Shown: positions 28,898 through 37,762 of the stretch, piece after piece
How positions within the stretch are numbered: the first letter of the stretch is position 1
How the letters are laid out: each line of letters opens with the position of its first letter
Virus record (IMG/VR): IMGVR_UViG_2974623298_000001
Coordinates: 12,262-76,261 of that record
Reading direction: 5' to 3' (one strand)
DNA length: 64,000 bases
Origin: a virus
Taxonomy: Duplodnaviria > Caudoviricetes
Program-made: the position numbers and the translations under genes
Notes under the pieces: generated by a model
What the model was told of the DNA's origin: nothing
The model's database searches: none
Seen by the model: only the letters and a program-made list of their open reading frames with translations

Positions 28898-29133
28898 TAT
28901 TCAGAGTCCATACGGTGTCGAGGCTGGGGGGTCTCGTCCCGAACGAGCGGGCCACGGCGGCTGAAGTCGTGGCCCGCTTCTTCTGTGCAATTCTTGTCGG
29001 TGCCCTCTAGGTGCCCGCAGTGGCTGCAATACTTCTTCATTACTGTCACCCCCAATACTCGGTTGAGAAACAGACCCAGTGTGACCATGCCGCCGATGAT
29101 GCAGCAATAGAGCACTAAGGCATACCAGTTCAT
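28894..29133 (-). CDS. Small membrane protein with CxxC
   Basis: 79 aa; N-terminal TM, CSHC; its stop overlaps the convergent gene. Confidence 0.55.
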   Translation of the reverse strand: MNWYALVLYCCIIGGMVTLGLFLNRVLGVTVMKKYCSHCGHLEGTDKNCTEEAGHDFSRRGPLVRDETPQPRHRMDSEY

Positions 29134-29135
29134 TA

Positions 29136-30341
29136 CTACTCCTTGATGAGCCGCTGCACTACCTTGGGCTTGGGCTCGCCGATGCTCTCCTGGACGGAAG
29201 AACGAAGCCTCGATTTCTGAGCCGCGTTCAGTGCGTTGCCATTCAGGAGCTTGTCAATTTCACTGTTGTTGATTCTGCCAAGTGCTGCGAAGAGGTTATC
29301 TCCGATGATCTCGCGTACGGTAGCAGGATCGTAGGACTTCCGACGCGACGACTTGAACACAACATGGAAGTCATCCGTGTCATACTCGGTCTCGTCGGAG
29401 TCCATTGCATCTTCGATCAGCTTCTCCATCACTTCTTCGATGGCGTACTTGATCGCCTTCTGTGCACCCTCGAGTTCGAGGTACCGCTTCGCCATCTCGT
29501 TGCGGTCGCCAGCCAGGGCCATTATCCCGCCTGCCTGAACGTTCTTCGTCAGGACGGGGCACGTAGCTTTCACTACGCAGAACTGGCATTCCGCATTGAG
29601 CGTACGCTTGCCGGGCTCGGGCTCTGCGATGATACGCTCGGCCACCCGACGCACGTACTTCCAAGTAGCCACGTTGTCGTCGCGGGTGAACTTCACTTCG
29701 ACCGGGTCATACCGGAGCTGATCGAAGCAAACCCAAATCTCGTCGGGCTCCAGCTCGAACCCGAGCTCCTTGGCGATCTCGTTCTTGGCCAGCATGATAG
29801 CCAGTCCATACAGGCGACCCTGCGCCTTCTGTCGCAGACCCTGCGGCGTGAGGTGCTGACGCCAGGTCTTGTAGTCGACGACCCGAACAATCTTCTTGCC
29901 GTTCTCCTCGAACATGTCGAGGCGGTCGAAGATGAAAGTGTAGGGCACCTCACCGATCGAGGTCTTAATGGTGACCCTGATCTTGCGCTCGACCATGAGC
30001 ACCTGCACCTTTTCAAGATCGGTGCGGGAGAACCAGCGTTCGAGCATGTCGATGCCGTCGTTGTACATGTCGTCTTTGGAATCTGGAATGCGCATGAATT
30101 GCTTCATGAACTCCTGCTTGAAGTAAGCAACGAGTACGTTCCAGTCTAGCTCGTCGCGGGTCTTGCTGATGAACACTTCATCAATGATCCGCTCGAGAAC
30201 GTCGTGCACGGCGGACCCCAGCTTAGCTGGGTCCGAGCTACCCCCTGGACTCGGCGTGCGCTTAACCATCTCAGCGTGGTATCGGAAGGTACAACCCTCG
30301 AACACCTGGATGGAGGATGCCGAGATGGTTTTGAGTTCCAC
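29136..30341 (-). CDS. Cas4/RecB-family PD-(D/E)XK exonuclease
   Basis: GTG at 30341 overlaps the WhiB stop; CTFRY, DRLD, VDYKT, Q..LY and CQFC.....C (1+3 Cys). Confidence 0.85.
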   Translation of the reverse strand: MELKTISASSIQVFEGCTFRYHAEMVKRTPSPGGSSDPAKLGSAVHDVLERIIDEVFISKTRDELDWNVLVAYFKQEFMKQFMRIPDSKDDMYNDGIDMLERWFSRTDLEKVQVLMVERKIRVTIKTSIGEVPYTFIFDRLDMFEENGKKIVRVVDYKTWRQHLTPQGLRQKAQGRLYGLAIMLAKNEIAKELGFELEPDEIWVCFDQLRYDPVEVKFTRDDNVATWKYVRRVAERIIAEPEPGKRTLNAECQFCVVKATCPVLTKNVQAGGIMALAGDRNEMAKRYLELEGAQKAIKYAIEEVMEKLIEDAMDSDETEYDTDDFHVVFKSSRRKSYDPATVREIIGDNLFAALGRINNSEIDKLLNGNALNAAQKSRLRSSVQESIGEPKPKVVQRLIKE

Positions 30342-30733
30342 TACTTGTTTCCCCTCTTCGTAGTTATGCCGCCCCAGATACCGTCGGTCGAACCAGTGCG
30401 TTCTCGATAGTCGAGGCACTCGAGTTTCACTGGGCAGCTCATGCAAATCTTCTTCGCGCGGTTAGCGCGGGCCGCTTGTCCCCGGCCAGGGAAGAAGGCG
30501 TCCGGGTCGTGATACCCTACACAGAGGGCGCGGCGGGTCCACTCTTCGGGGGCGAGACTGAAGGCGGCTTCGGGGGCGTCGGCTCCGGGCTCTCCGAACT
30601 CTTCTCCTTCTCCACAGTCGCAGGACTCTCCTGTTCGATCGGGTCGAAGAGCGAGGGCTGCGCAGATTCCGTTGCACCTAAAGGGCGGCGGCCCCCGGAC
30701 ATCTCGAGCTCGAACGCTGTCGTCGGTTCGCCA
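30341..30733 (-). CDS. whiB: WhiB-family transcription factor domain (open frame lacks ATG/GTG/TTG)
   Basis: Manual translation: WTRRALCVGYHDPDAFFPGRG...AKKICMSCPVKLECLDY...GIWGG; absent from the ORF track. Confidence 0.85.
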   Translation of the reverse strand, partial: WRTDDSVRARDVRGPPPFRCNGICAALALRPDRTGESCDCGEGEEFGEPGADAPEAAFSLAPEEWTRRALCVGYHDPDAFFPGRGQAARANRAKKICMSCPVKLECLDYRERTGSTDGIWGGITTKRGNK

Positions 30734-30939
30734 TCACCGAGAAGCTCGTCAGCGTCAGCTTCGGCATCGGCCTTGGCCTTCTCTTCCGACTGAAATGCCG
30801 TCTGTTGCAGGTGCTGCTCGAAGGCGGTTTGTGTGGGAGCCTTGGCTCGGAAGTCCTGATACCCGTCCTGATCCATCCCTCCGCGTACGGGATGCAACTC
30901 GTTGGGTCCAGCGGGCATCTTGAACTGCTGTTCAGTCAC
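30517..30939 (-). CDS. Hypothetical protein (possible N-terminus of a WhiB fusion)
   Basis: 140 aa, AAGGAG RBS, overlaps the WhiB frame. Confidence 0.65.
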   Translation of the reverse strand: MTEQQFKMPAGPNELHPVRGGMDQDGYQDFRAKAPTQTAFEQHLQQTAFQSEEKAKADAEADADELLGDGEPTTAFELEMSGGRRPLGATESAQPSLFDPIEQESPATVEKEKSSESPEPTPPKPPSVSPPKSGPAAPSV

Positions 30940-30999
30940 TGCGTCTCCTTGTAGGTGGTGCTAGGGGGTGTCCGGTTACGTTAGCATACCGGCGCGGGG

Positions 31000-31131
31000 T
31001 TAACCCACAAATGCCGCGCGGCGCTCCACGATGTCCCAGAAATACTCTTGCATGAATGCACCCAGCATCACTCGTGCCCGCCTCTCGGGAGAGGTCCACC
31101 AGTGCTTGCGGTGCTTACTTCGTTTGAACAT
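31000..31131 (-). CDS. 43-aa hypothetical protein
   Basis: MFKRSKHRKHWW...; TAATG coupling and GAGGAGG RBS. Confidence 0.5.
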   Translation of the reverse strand: MFKRSKHRKHWWTSPERRARVMLGAFMQEYFWDIVERRAAFVG

Positions 31132-31508
31132 TACTTCCTCCTCGATACCCCGGACGGACCCTTTGGCGGGATACGGCTCGGAGGCTTAGGTGGGTTGTGT
31201 GTGGGGAACTTGAACAGGGTCCATCTGCCGTTGAAGTTTATATTCCTACTGTTCATGTACTTGCGGCGCAGTTTCTTGGCCTTGCGTCGATCCCGCCAGG
31301 TCATTTCGGATTCGTGCCACCACTCCCCCTTAGCAATGAACACCGCGCCACATTCGGGACACAGCCAGAACGAGTCGCGTGGAGCTTTAGGTTCGAAGAA
31401 CGGATGCCAAAATCCATTCTCGTCAACGTCTTCGCCCCACTTCGGAGGTGTGCAGTCCTCGCCGGGGTACCGCTCTACTTTCTTCTTGGGTGACCATACG
31501 ATAGGCAT
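31131..31508 (-). CDS. Hypothetical protein (CPEC)
   Basis: ATG at 31508 within ORF 31131..31691. Confidence 0.55.
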   Translation of the reverse strand: MPIVWSPKKKVERYPGEDCTPPKWGEDVDENGFWHPFFEPKAPRDSFWLCPECGAVFIAKGEWWHESEMTWRDRRKAKKLRRKYMNSRNINFNGRWTLFKFPTHNPPKPPSRIPPKGPSGVSRRK

Positions 31509-31510
31509 GG

Positions 31511-31606
31511 TCACCCCAATGCTGACAAGCCGATGCCGATGCTGACACCAGCGACGATCATGAGTATGGCCAGCTTGAGTACCAGACTCCAGGTCAACCA
31601 GTCCAT
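31511..31606 (-). CDS. Small membrane peptide
   Basis: MDWLTWSLVLKL...; TAATG-coupled. Confidence 0.45.
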   Translation of the reverse strand: MDWLTWSLVLKLAILMIVAGVSIGIGLSALG

Positions 31607-31740
31607 TACAGTCTTCCCATCTTCCGTAGCCGTTCGATCTCGAACACGCCGAGCTGCTTCCAGCCCGCCATACGCTTCCAGTGAGACCCACAGACGGGGC
31701 ACTGAACCACGGTGCCCTCGTCCTCGGTCTCGCGTGCCAT
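31606..31740 (-). CDS. 44-aa CxxC peptide
   Basis: MARETEDEGTVVQCPVCG...; manual translation. Confidence 0.45.
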   Translation of the reverse strand: MARETEDEGTVVQCPVCGSHWKRMAGWKQLGVFEIERLRKMGRL

Positions 31741-31759
31741 GACTACCTTGTCACAGCAC

Positions 31760-32482
31760 TCACGCAAAGTCGGCGAACATGTCATCGCCTTCTTCCTCCA
31801 GCTTCTTAGCGGACTCGAGGAAGTTGCGCTCGTCTAGCTCGATCGCAACGGCATTGCGACCACAGTTGCGAGCGGCCCGCACGAGGCTTCCCGACCCACC
31901 GAAGGGGTCCACGAGGAACGCACCCTCCTGGGTGGAGTGCTTGATAAGAGTCTCCAGCAAAGCCGGTGGCTTCTCGTGCGGATGAATGAGCTCATTCGGC
32001 CGGAGCTGCGAGAAATGCAGTACACCGTTGCGCCGCTTGGCGTAGCGAGGCGCACGACCCTTCTTGAAGAAGATGATGAACTCATGACCCTGTCCCCATG
32101 ATTCAAGATCGCCCATTCCAGGGCCATCCTTCTCCCATACCAGGACAGCCTTGCGAACAAAGCCGAACTGCGCGCAGAACTCGTCGAGCATGACCAGCCA
32201 GTCCGAGAGAACCTGGTACGCGGTGAAGACGTAGAGGTCGCAGTCGGGCTTGGTCTTGGTGAGCAGGACCGACATGACCTCCTTGAACACCTTGATTGCG
32301 ATCTCGGGGGACTCATCATTGGCGATCTTGCGCGCATACTTCTTGCCGCCCTCCGTGACGGCCATGTTGGAGAGGTTGTCGACTCCGAAAGGAGGGTCGG
32401 TGATGATGCAATCCACCGAGTTCTCATTAAAGACTTTACAGAGTTCTGCGGAGTCGCCCTGCCAGATCTGATGAATCTTCAC
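31760..32482 (-). CDS. DNA methyltransferase (N6-A/N4-C, beta class)
   Basis: DPPF (motif IV) precedes HPHEKP and DPFGGSGS (motif I). Confidence 0.9.
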   Translation of the reverse strand: MKIHQIWQGDSAELCKVFNENSVDCIITDPPFGVDNLSNMAVTEGGKKYARKIANDESPEIAIKVFKEVMSVLLTKTKPDCDLYVFTAYQVLSDWLVMLDEFCAQFGFVRKAVLVWEKDGPGMGDLESWGQGHEFIIFFKKGRAPRYAKRRNGVLHFSQLRPNELIHPHEKPPALLETLIKHSTQEGAFLVDPFGGSGSLVRAARNCGRNAVAIELDERNFLESAKKLEEEGDDMFADFA

Positions 32483-32483
32483 G

Positions 32484-32879
32484 CTACCTCGTGTTCCCTG
32501 TCTTGTGGAAGAAGTCGTAGTCGTCGAGCGCAGCCATGCGGTGCGTGACCTTCTCGGTCAGGCGCATCATGTTCTCTGCCCCAACTTCGAGCTTCGCCAT
32601 CCGACCCTTGTTGGTGTCAGTCACGAGAACCGTTACCTTGAAGGGTGGGTCGTTCGTATCATTACTCATGTCAACCTCTTCTAGTGTTGCTCTTGCTAGC
32701 TTGCCGCTCGAATCCACGTAGCTGGGGAATATACAGCACACGAAGTTATGTTCGTGAATCCACTTATTCCGTATGTGGGGTGGAGCTTTCTTGATTGGAT
32801 AGCCGCATATTGCGCAGCAAGGGGAAGCCGGCCTTGCCCCTACCGGCTCGTGTGTACCCTCAACTTCCACTTTACACAC
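32484..32879 (-). CDS. Hypothetical protein (start uncertain)
   Basis: 131-aa ORF; internal RBS plus ATG at 32669. Confidence 0.45.
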   Translation of the reverse strand: MCKVEVEGTHEPVGARPASPCCAICGYPIKKAPPHIRNKWIHEHNFVCCIFPSYVDSSGKLARATLEEVDMSNDTNDPPFKVTVLVTDTNKGRMAKLEVGAENMMRLTEKVTHRMAALDDYDFFHKTGNTR

Positions 32880-32891
32880 CGCCCAGCGCGA

Positions 32892-33170
32892 TCAGTCGTC
32901 GATCTCGATCTCTTCGTCCTCTTCGATCTCGAGTTCCTCGAGCTTGATCTCGGTGACCCGCCCGCCGAGGTAGTCGGTGAGAGCCTCGGTCAGCTCCGCG
33001 CCCTCGTTGTCGATGAAGTCCTCGAGCGTGGAGGTGGCGACCTCCACCTTCTGGTCGGTGGTCAGCTCCTCGGTGTCCTCGATGTCGTTGTCGGACATGA
33101 GGTCTTCGAGCAGGTCGTCATCGAGGGTGATGGCGCCTTCTTCGACCTTGATCTTCAGGGTCACGATCAT
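32892..33170 (-). CDS. Highly acidic hypothetical protein
   Basis: ATG at 33170 after AGGAGG; about 40% D/E. Confidence 0.65.
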   Translation of the reverse strand: MIVTLKIKVEEGAITLDDDLLEDLMSDNDIEDTEELTTDQKVEVATSTLEDFIDNEGAELTEALTDYLGGRVTEIKLEELEIEEDEEIEIDD

Positions 33171-33171
33171 T

Positions 33172-33399
33172 TCAGTTACCTCCTGTGTTGGTTGCGATCT
33201 CGTCAATGGACAAGACCTTTACGGTGACATCGCCACCGAAGTTGTAGATGACATCTTCGAGCGCGACCTCGCCGGACTCGAACATGTCAAGGTCGTACTT
33301 GACAGCTTCCTCGGGAGTGCGGACCGGAGTCTCGGCGCACTTGTAGTTGTCGAGGTCGATCTTCGGGTCTTCGATCTCGACGATCAGGTTGATCTTCAC
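33172..33399 (-). CDS. Hypothetical protein
   Basis: 75 aa, coupled to its neighbours. Confidence 0.6.
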   Translation of the reverse strand: MKINLIVEIEDPKIDLDNYKCAETPVRTPEEAVKYDLDMFESGEVALEDVIYNFGGDVTVKVLSIDEIATNTGGN

Positions 33400-34256
33400 T
33401 TGGACTCCTTGGGTTCCATCTCCATGAGCTTATGTGCGATGTCGGCGGCGATCCACTCGGGGACAGTCTTGCCGTCCACTATGTACCTGCCATACGACGT
33501 GTGCACATTGCTCGTGATGTACTTGATCCCCCGATCAATGGTGCGCCTGAGCTTCGACCTGAAGCGCAGGTACCCCGTCACCCCGTTGTATCCGTACTCG
33601 TCGCGAATCTTCTTCTGGAAGCTCGCACTGTTGAGAACGGACAGCGAATACCCGATCCAGCCGAGCACGTCACCAACCCAGAACTTGTTGGTGAACACGC
33701 TGATCTCCTGGAACAGGTCCAGGCCTGGGTCCGAGCTGGCAATGATGTCGCCCGGTGCGCAGAACTGGAACACCCGACCGCGTGCCCAGCGCCAGTCTCC
33801 ACGAGGTCCGGTGATGCCCTGCCCGCCAGGGTCCGGGCCGATGACCTTGTCGTTGTGGTTGCGGCGCGGGTCCGAGATGCCATAGTAGGCGATGAGGTTG
33901 TTGTCGAGCTCGGGGTCCGGGTGGCTGTCCAGAACCCACTCCATGAACACGTCGCCGCCGATGGTGGCACCTTGCGAGTATCCCACGATGAAGACTGGGA
34001 TGTTCGGCGGGATGGCCCTGAGCATCTTGCGCAGGTTGGTCACACCCTTGTGAACCGAGCTCTCGTAGCTCGCCTTGTCGCCGTATCCCGAGGTGTACGG
34101 CACAGACCAGTGCGTGATGGCCCAGTCTCGATTGTTCTCCATGAGTCGACCGAGTGCGGAGCTGATCAGCTTGGTCATCCCAGTGGGCGGCAGCGGATTC
34201 GGAGCGTCGTGCGTCTCCGAAGTGCCGGGCACCAGGATTAGATATGCCTCTCTCAT
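33396..34256 (-). CDS. Cutinase-like alpha/beta hydrolase (lysin B-like)
   Basis: VPGT, GYSQGA nucleophile elbow, GDII acid, H near the C-terminus. Confidence 0.85.
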   Translation of the reverse strand: MREAYLILVPGTSETHDAPNPLPPTGMTKLISSALGRLMENNRDWAITHWSVPYTSGYGDKASYESSVHKGVTNLRKMLRAIPPNIPVFIVGYSQGATIGGDVFMEWVLDSHPDPELDNNLIAYYGISDPRRNHNDKVIGPDPGGQGITGPRGDWRWARGRVFQFCAPGDIIASSDPGLDLFQEISVFTNKFWVGDVLGWIGYSLSVLNSASFQKKIRDEYGYNGVTGYLRFRSKLRRTIDRGIKYITSNVHTSYGRYIVDGKTVPEWIAADIAHKLMEMEPKESK

Positions 34257-34762
34257 GCGATCTTGCCGTGCTTGTAGGGCCTGGTGTGGTTGTAGCGGAG
34301 CTTGTAGATCACCGCTTCGGCCAGGGATGCGTTGGCTCCGTCACGCTGGAGTTCCTCGGCCGCGTCTCCGAGTCGAATGATCTCGTCGGCGAACTCGGCG
34401 AAGATTCCCTCGGCCTTTCGGATTGAACCGTCAGGATTGTAGGGGTCCGGGTGGCGATTCTCTCCGACCCGCTTGTCGTTGAACCACAGCGGCGGCTCAT
34501 TGTTGCGCCAGGACTCGAATGCCTCGCTGATCTCCGAGTGCAGGAGTGCGGTGACCTGGCCGAAGTTGCGGGGTTCGCCGCCCTCTTCGTGGAAGCCGTG
34601 CGCGTCGGTGGTCGTCCAGCAGCAGGCCTGCAGTAGGTCCAGTGCTGTGGCGATGAGGGACTCGCCCTCGGTGGTCAGCTGCCCCGTCTGTGGGTTGTAC
34701 AGGTGATCGACGGGTCGACCGGCCAAGAACGCTTCGGCCTGGTCGTGGGAGGGGTATGTCAC
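34253..34762 (-). CDS. mazG: MazG-like nucleotide pyrophosphohydrolase
   Basis: LLHSEISEAFE, EFADEIIRLGD and KLRYN motifs. Confidence 0.8.
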   Translation of the reverse strand: MTYPSHDQAEAFLAGRPVDHLYNPQTGQLTTEGESLIATALDLLQACCWTTTDAHGFHEEGGEPRNFGQVTALLHSEISEAFESWRNNEPPLWFNDKRVGENRHPDPYNPDGSIRKAEGIFAEFADEIIRLGDAAEELQRDGANASLAEAVIYKLRYNHTRPYKHGKIA

Positions 34763-34774
34763 TTGGGTCTCCTT

Positions 34775-35338
34775 CTAGGGGGTCCACTCGTTGTCGGCGA
34801 TTTCTCCACCACCGAGTTCATTCTTCAGCATGGCTTCCCATGCTTCTTGTCCCTCCGGCGAGAACAGTTCTTCGATCGGGCAGATCGCTGTCTCCTTCGG
34901 ACGGAAGCCTTGGATGCTGTGGCGTATCTCGATCACCACATAGGGCCAAGTCGTGATCTCTTGCGACGACACCAGGCGCGACATGTTTTGGATGACCGCG
35001 CGGTCGTTGGGCAGGAACACCCCCTGCAGGGCGTCCTCCGTTCCCTTTTGCATGTTGGTCACATCGGCCCAATTGCGGGTTACAGTTTTTGCCCGCGTCT
35101 CGTATTGAGTACGCTGTCGGCTAAACGAGTACCGAATTGAGTAGTACGGACCCGGCAAACTCTCGGCACCACCCTCGAGAAGCTCCGCAACCAGTGCGTC
35201 CTGGTAGGACTTGAGGGTCTTGTTCGGCGTTACCTTGGGCCATGGCTTGCGACCCTTGGTGATGACCTGAACATCTCCCATTGCCCACGGCTCAGGGTTG
35301 AGATTCAGTGCCGCTGCCACGATGTTCGGGTAGCTCAC
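34775..35338 (-). CDS. rusA: RusA-like Holliday junction resolvase
   Basis: ADVTNMQKGTEDALQG...NDRAV (DxxNxxKxxxDAL). Confidence 0.75.
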   Translation of the reverse strand: MSYPNIVAAALNLNPEPWAMGDVQVITKGRKPWPKVTPNKTLKSYQDALVAELLEGGAESLPGPYYSIRYSFSRQRTQYETRAKTVTRNWADVTNMQKGTEDALQGVFLPNDRAVIQNMSRLVSSQEITTWPYVVIEIRHSIQGFRPKETAICPIEELFSPEGQEAWEAMLKNELGGGEIADNEWTP

Positions 35339-35439
35339 CGTTAGCCTCCTTCTCTGCAAGGAATCTTGCATACCCATACGGGTACTCGTCGGGCATCTTC
35401 AGGGCGAAGTCTCGAACGCGTTGCTCGAACTCATCTTTA

Positions 35440-35802
35440 TCAGACACGAGTATCTCCGTACTGTGTGCGCATGAGCTTGAATGTTTCGTTGATCTTCCAC
35501 ACGCGCATGTTCAGGAAGATGGCAATATCAAGCTCCATCTGAGCGCCACGCGATCCGCCCCAGCCAGGCATGAGGACGAGGTCCGTGCAGTCGAGCATCT
35601 CCTTGAGGTCCGCGCGGACGTAGTCCTGATAGGGCAGGTCGCCCGGATTACCGGGAAGAGTGCGGGCAATCTCGGCAGGGCTGACCACATCGTAGCCCTG
35701 GTTGCGCAGCTCCTTGGTGAACAGGTCGAACCGCGCGAAGTTGTGACCTTCGATGCCGGTCATCGGACCTGCGATGTAGAACTTCCGGGAAAGCTGCACC
35801 AT
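35440..35802 (-). CDS. DUF4406 / nucleoside deoxyribosyltransferase-like protein
   Basis: YIAGPMTG, VVSPAE and WGGSRGAQME motifs. Confidence 0.75.
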   Translation of the reverse strand: MVQLSRKFYIAGPMTGIEGHNFARFDLFTKELRNQGYDVVSPAEIARTLPGNPGDLPYQDYVRADLKEMLDCTDLVLMPGWGGSRGAQMELDIAIFLNMRVWKINETFKLMRTQYGDTRV

Positions 35803-36935
35803 TACTTGTCGCCCCTGTCTTTTGGAATGTCCACGCGCGGCATGACGCACGCTTCGAACCCCTCGTCTGCCGTGAACTTGACCATCGCGGTAGTCTTGGA
35901 GGGGTTGTAGTGCATCGTGAGTGTCTTGCCTGGCGCCTTGGAGACGACATCAGTGAAGGTCTCGAGCGAGAACAGATACTTCACTGGATCATGAGTTGAC
36001 TCAACCTCAAGCATCAAGGACTCTTCGATCTCTTCAGAGGAGTCGCGGTCCTTGATTGCGAGTGTCAACATGTCTCCGGCGATCCACACATCTAGGGCGA
36101 TCTGCCGGTCAGACGAGCCGATCTTCGACACCCTAGATAGTACACCGACGATAGTTTCTTTGTCAAACGAACACGAGTCCTCGTGCGGTTTGTCCATCAT
36201 TCGACTCACCGGGTCGAACTTCTCCTCGAACAACGAGCACTTGATGTAGATGTCCTCGGTCGGCGAGACGACGAGGTTCGACCCGAGAACTCCGACCTCG
36301 CACTCCTCGATGGTACGCAGCACCGGGCCGATGAGGTGGTAAGGGATCACCACATTGCTGCGTCCGTCGGCGAACTTGTAATCGTTCGGCACGCGCATGG
36401 CGACCTTGCCATTGGATGAGCACAGGTATTCCTCGTCCATGTACAGGCCTGCCCTGGGCGGAAGGCCGTCAGTGTTCACGCCCCACCCGATCAGCTCCAT
36501 GCGAGCACCGAGTCCCTTTGTCGGGTACATTCCGTCAGGGTCAAACATGAACTGCTCGGGAGTTGGGTAGTCACCGCCTCGAAGGAACGGAGTGCTGGCC
36601 CTCATGCGACCGCTGGTGATGCGGAGCTTTCCACCTTCGTCCTTGAACTTGGACTGTCCGTTCACCGGGAGGTTGGTGACAATGCCATGAGTCGAGAACG
36701 AGGACACCCGCCAGGTGGCCGGGGCATCGCACTCGATGTCAATGGGGTAGAGGAACTCGGTGTAGTACAGCGAGCCATTGGTGGTACGCAGGGTGACGTA
36801 CTCATCAGTCGGATTGATGTCGAAGACGAACCCCTTGAACATATCGAAGTCACGACCACGAGTCGGGGCTACGATGTTCGCACGCTTGATGGCATCCGCA
36901 AGCGTTGCGTTGTTGAACTGCACAGAGGTTGTCAC
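35802..36935 (-). CDS. dnaN: DNA polymerase III beta sliding clamp-like protein
   Basis: 377 aa, three-domain size, GGDYP motif, C-terminal ACVMP. Confidence 0.7.
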   Translation of the reverse strand: MTTSVQFNNATLADAIKRANIVAPTRGRDFDMFKGFVFDINPTDEYVTLRTTNGSLYYTEFLYPIDIECDAPATWRVSSFSTHGIVTNLPVNGQSKFKDEGGKLRITSGRMRASTPFLRGGDYPTPEQFMFDPDGMYPTKGLGARMELIGWGVNTDGLPPRAGLYMDEEYLCSSNGKVAMRVPNDYKFADGRSNVVIPYHLIGPVLRTIEECEVGVLGSNLVVSPTEDIYIKCSLFEEKFDPVSRMMDKPHEDSCSFDKETIVGVLSRVSKIGSSDRQIALDVWIAGDMLTLAIKDRDSSEEIEESLMLEVESTHDPVKYLFSLETFTDVVSKAPGKTLTMHYNPSKTTAMVKFTADEGFEACVMPRVDIPKDRGDK

Positions 36936-36936
36936 A

Positions 36937-37143
36937 TCACGTCCTTACTGACAGTGTCACTGTCACCTGATCCGAGCCGCCCCGGTCTGCCTTGACGATA
37001 CTCACGTCTACCTTGACGTCGTGCTCGTCATCGAGTCCCTGAATGAAGCCGTCGAGATCACCGATTGTCAGGCCACCATACTGCGGGTGGTTGCTGCTGA
37101 ACTTGAGCTGACGATAGCTCTCTGACTGTGCCATGTCAGGCAC
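36937..37143 (-). CDS. Hypothetical protein
   Basis: 68-aa ORF. Confidence 0.55.
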   Translation of the reverse strand: MPDMAQSESYRQLKFSSNHPQYGGLTIGDLDGFIQGLDDEHDVKVDVSIVKADRGGSDQVTVTLSVRT

Positions 37144-37762
37144 CCTGCAGGTCGGCGCACGCGGCAGCCGGTCCGGTGACCCACTTCTGAAGTCGTCGCT
37201 CCAGGTCGATCGAGTGCATCAGGTCCTCGAGCGCACGGTGATTCGGCTTGTCAGCCGGGCTGACGTACTTCGTGGGGTCTTTGTCGATCTTCTTCCACAG
37301 CTCGGGCTGGGTTGCCTTGAGACGCTCCATGTCCGAGCTCGAGTCGACGACCCGGTAGTGGAAGTAGTCGTTGAGGGTGGGCATCTTCTGCTCGAGAAAC
37401 TTGCGGTCGAAGTGAACCGAGCTACCCCACACCGGCAGGCCCTTGACCTGGAACCCGCTGATGGAATCGAGGATGCGCTTCTCGATGTCCTCGTACTCGC
37501 GAGGTGGTGTGTTGTTCTCCATGTACCCGCGCAGCCGGGGGAACAGTCCGTTCTTGTTGTGCATCTCGCGAACCGGCTTGACGAACGAATCGTCGTGCAG
37601 GCGCAGCACGATCTGCGGGGTGAAGAGAATGCCCGTCAGCTCCTTGCCCGGAACCGGCGTCCAGGTCTGGGTATCCACCACCACGATGGCGAACTCGATG
37701 ATCTCCTCGGTGACCGGGTTCAGTCCCGTGGTCTCGAGGTCGATGAATACTGCGTTGCTCAT
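37136..37762 (-). CDS. orn: Oligoribonuclease-like DEDDh 3'-5' exonuclease
   Basis: IDLETTGL, VHFDRKFL, YFHYRVVDSSS, HRALEDL; ATG at 37762. Confidence 0.8.
   Translation of the reverse strand: MSNAVFIDLETTGLNPVTEEIIEFAIVVVDTQTWTPVPGKELTGILFTPQIVLRLHDDSFVKPVREMHNKNGLFPRLRGYMENNTPPREYEDIEKRILDSISGFQVKGLPVWGSSVHFDRKFLEQKMPTLNDYFHYRVVDSSSDMERLKATQPELWKKIDKDPTKYVSPADKPNHRALEDLMHSIDLERRLQKWVTGPAAACADLQGA

Noticed and set aside
29136-30341. CRISPR-Cas system suggested by the Cas4-like gene
   Set aside because: There is no repeat-spacer array or other cas gene; solo Cas4-like nucleases are common in actinophages.
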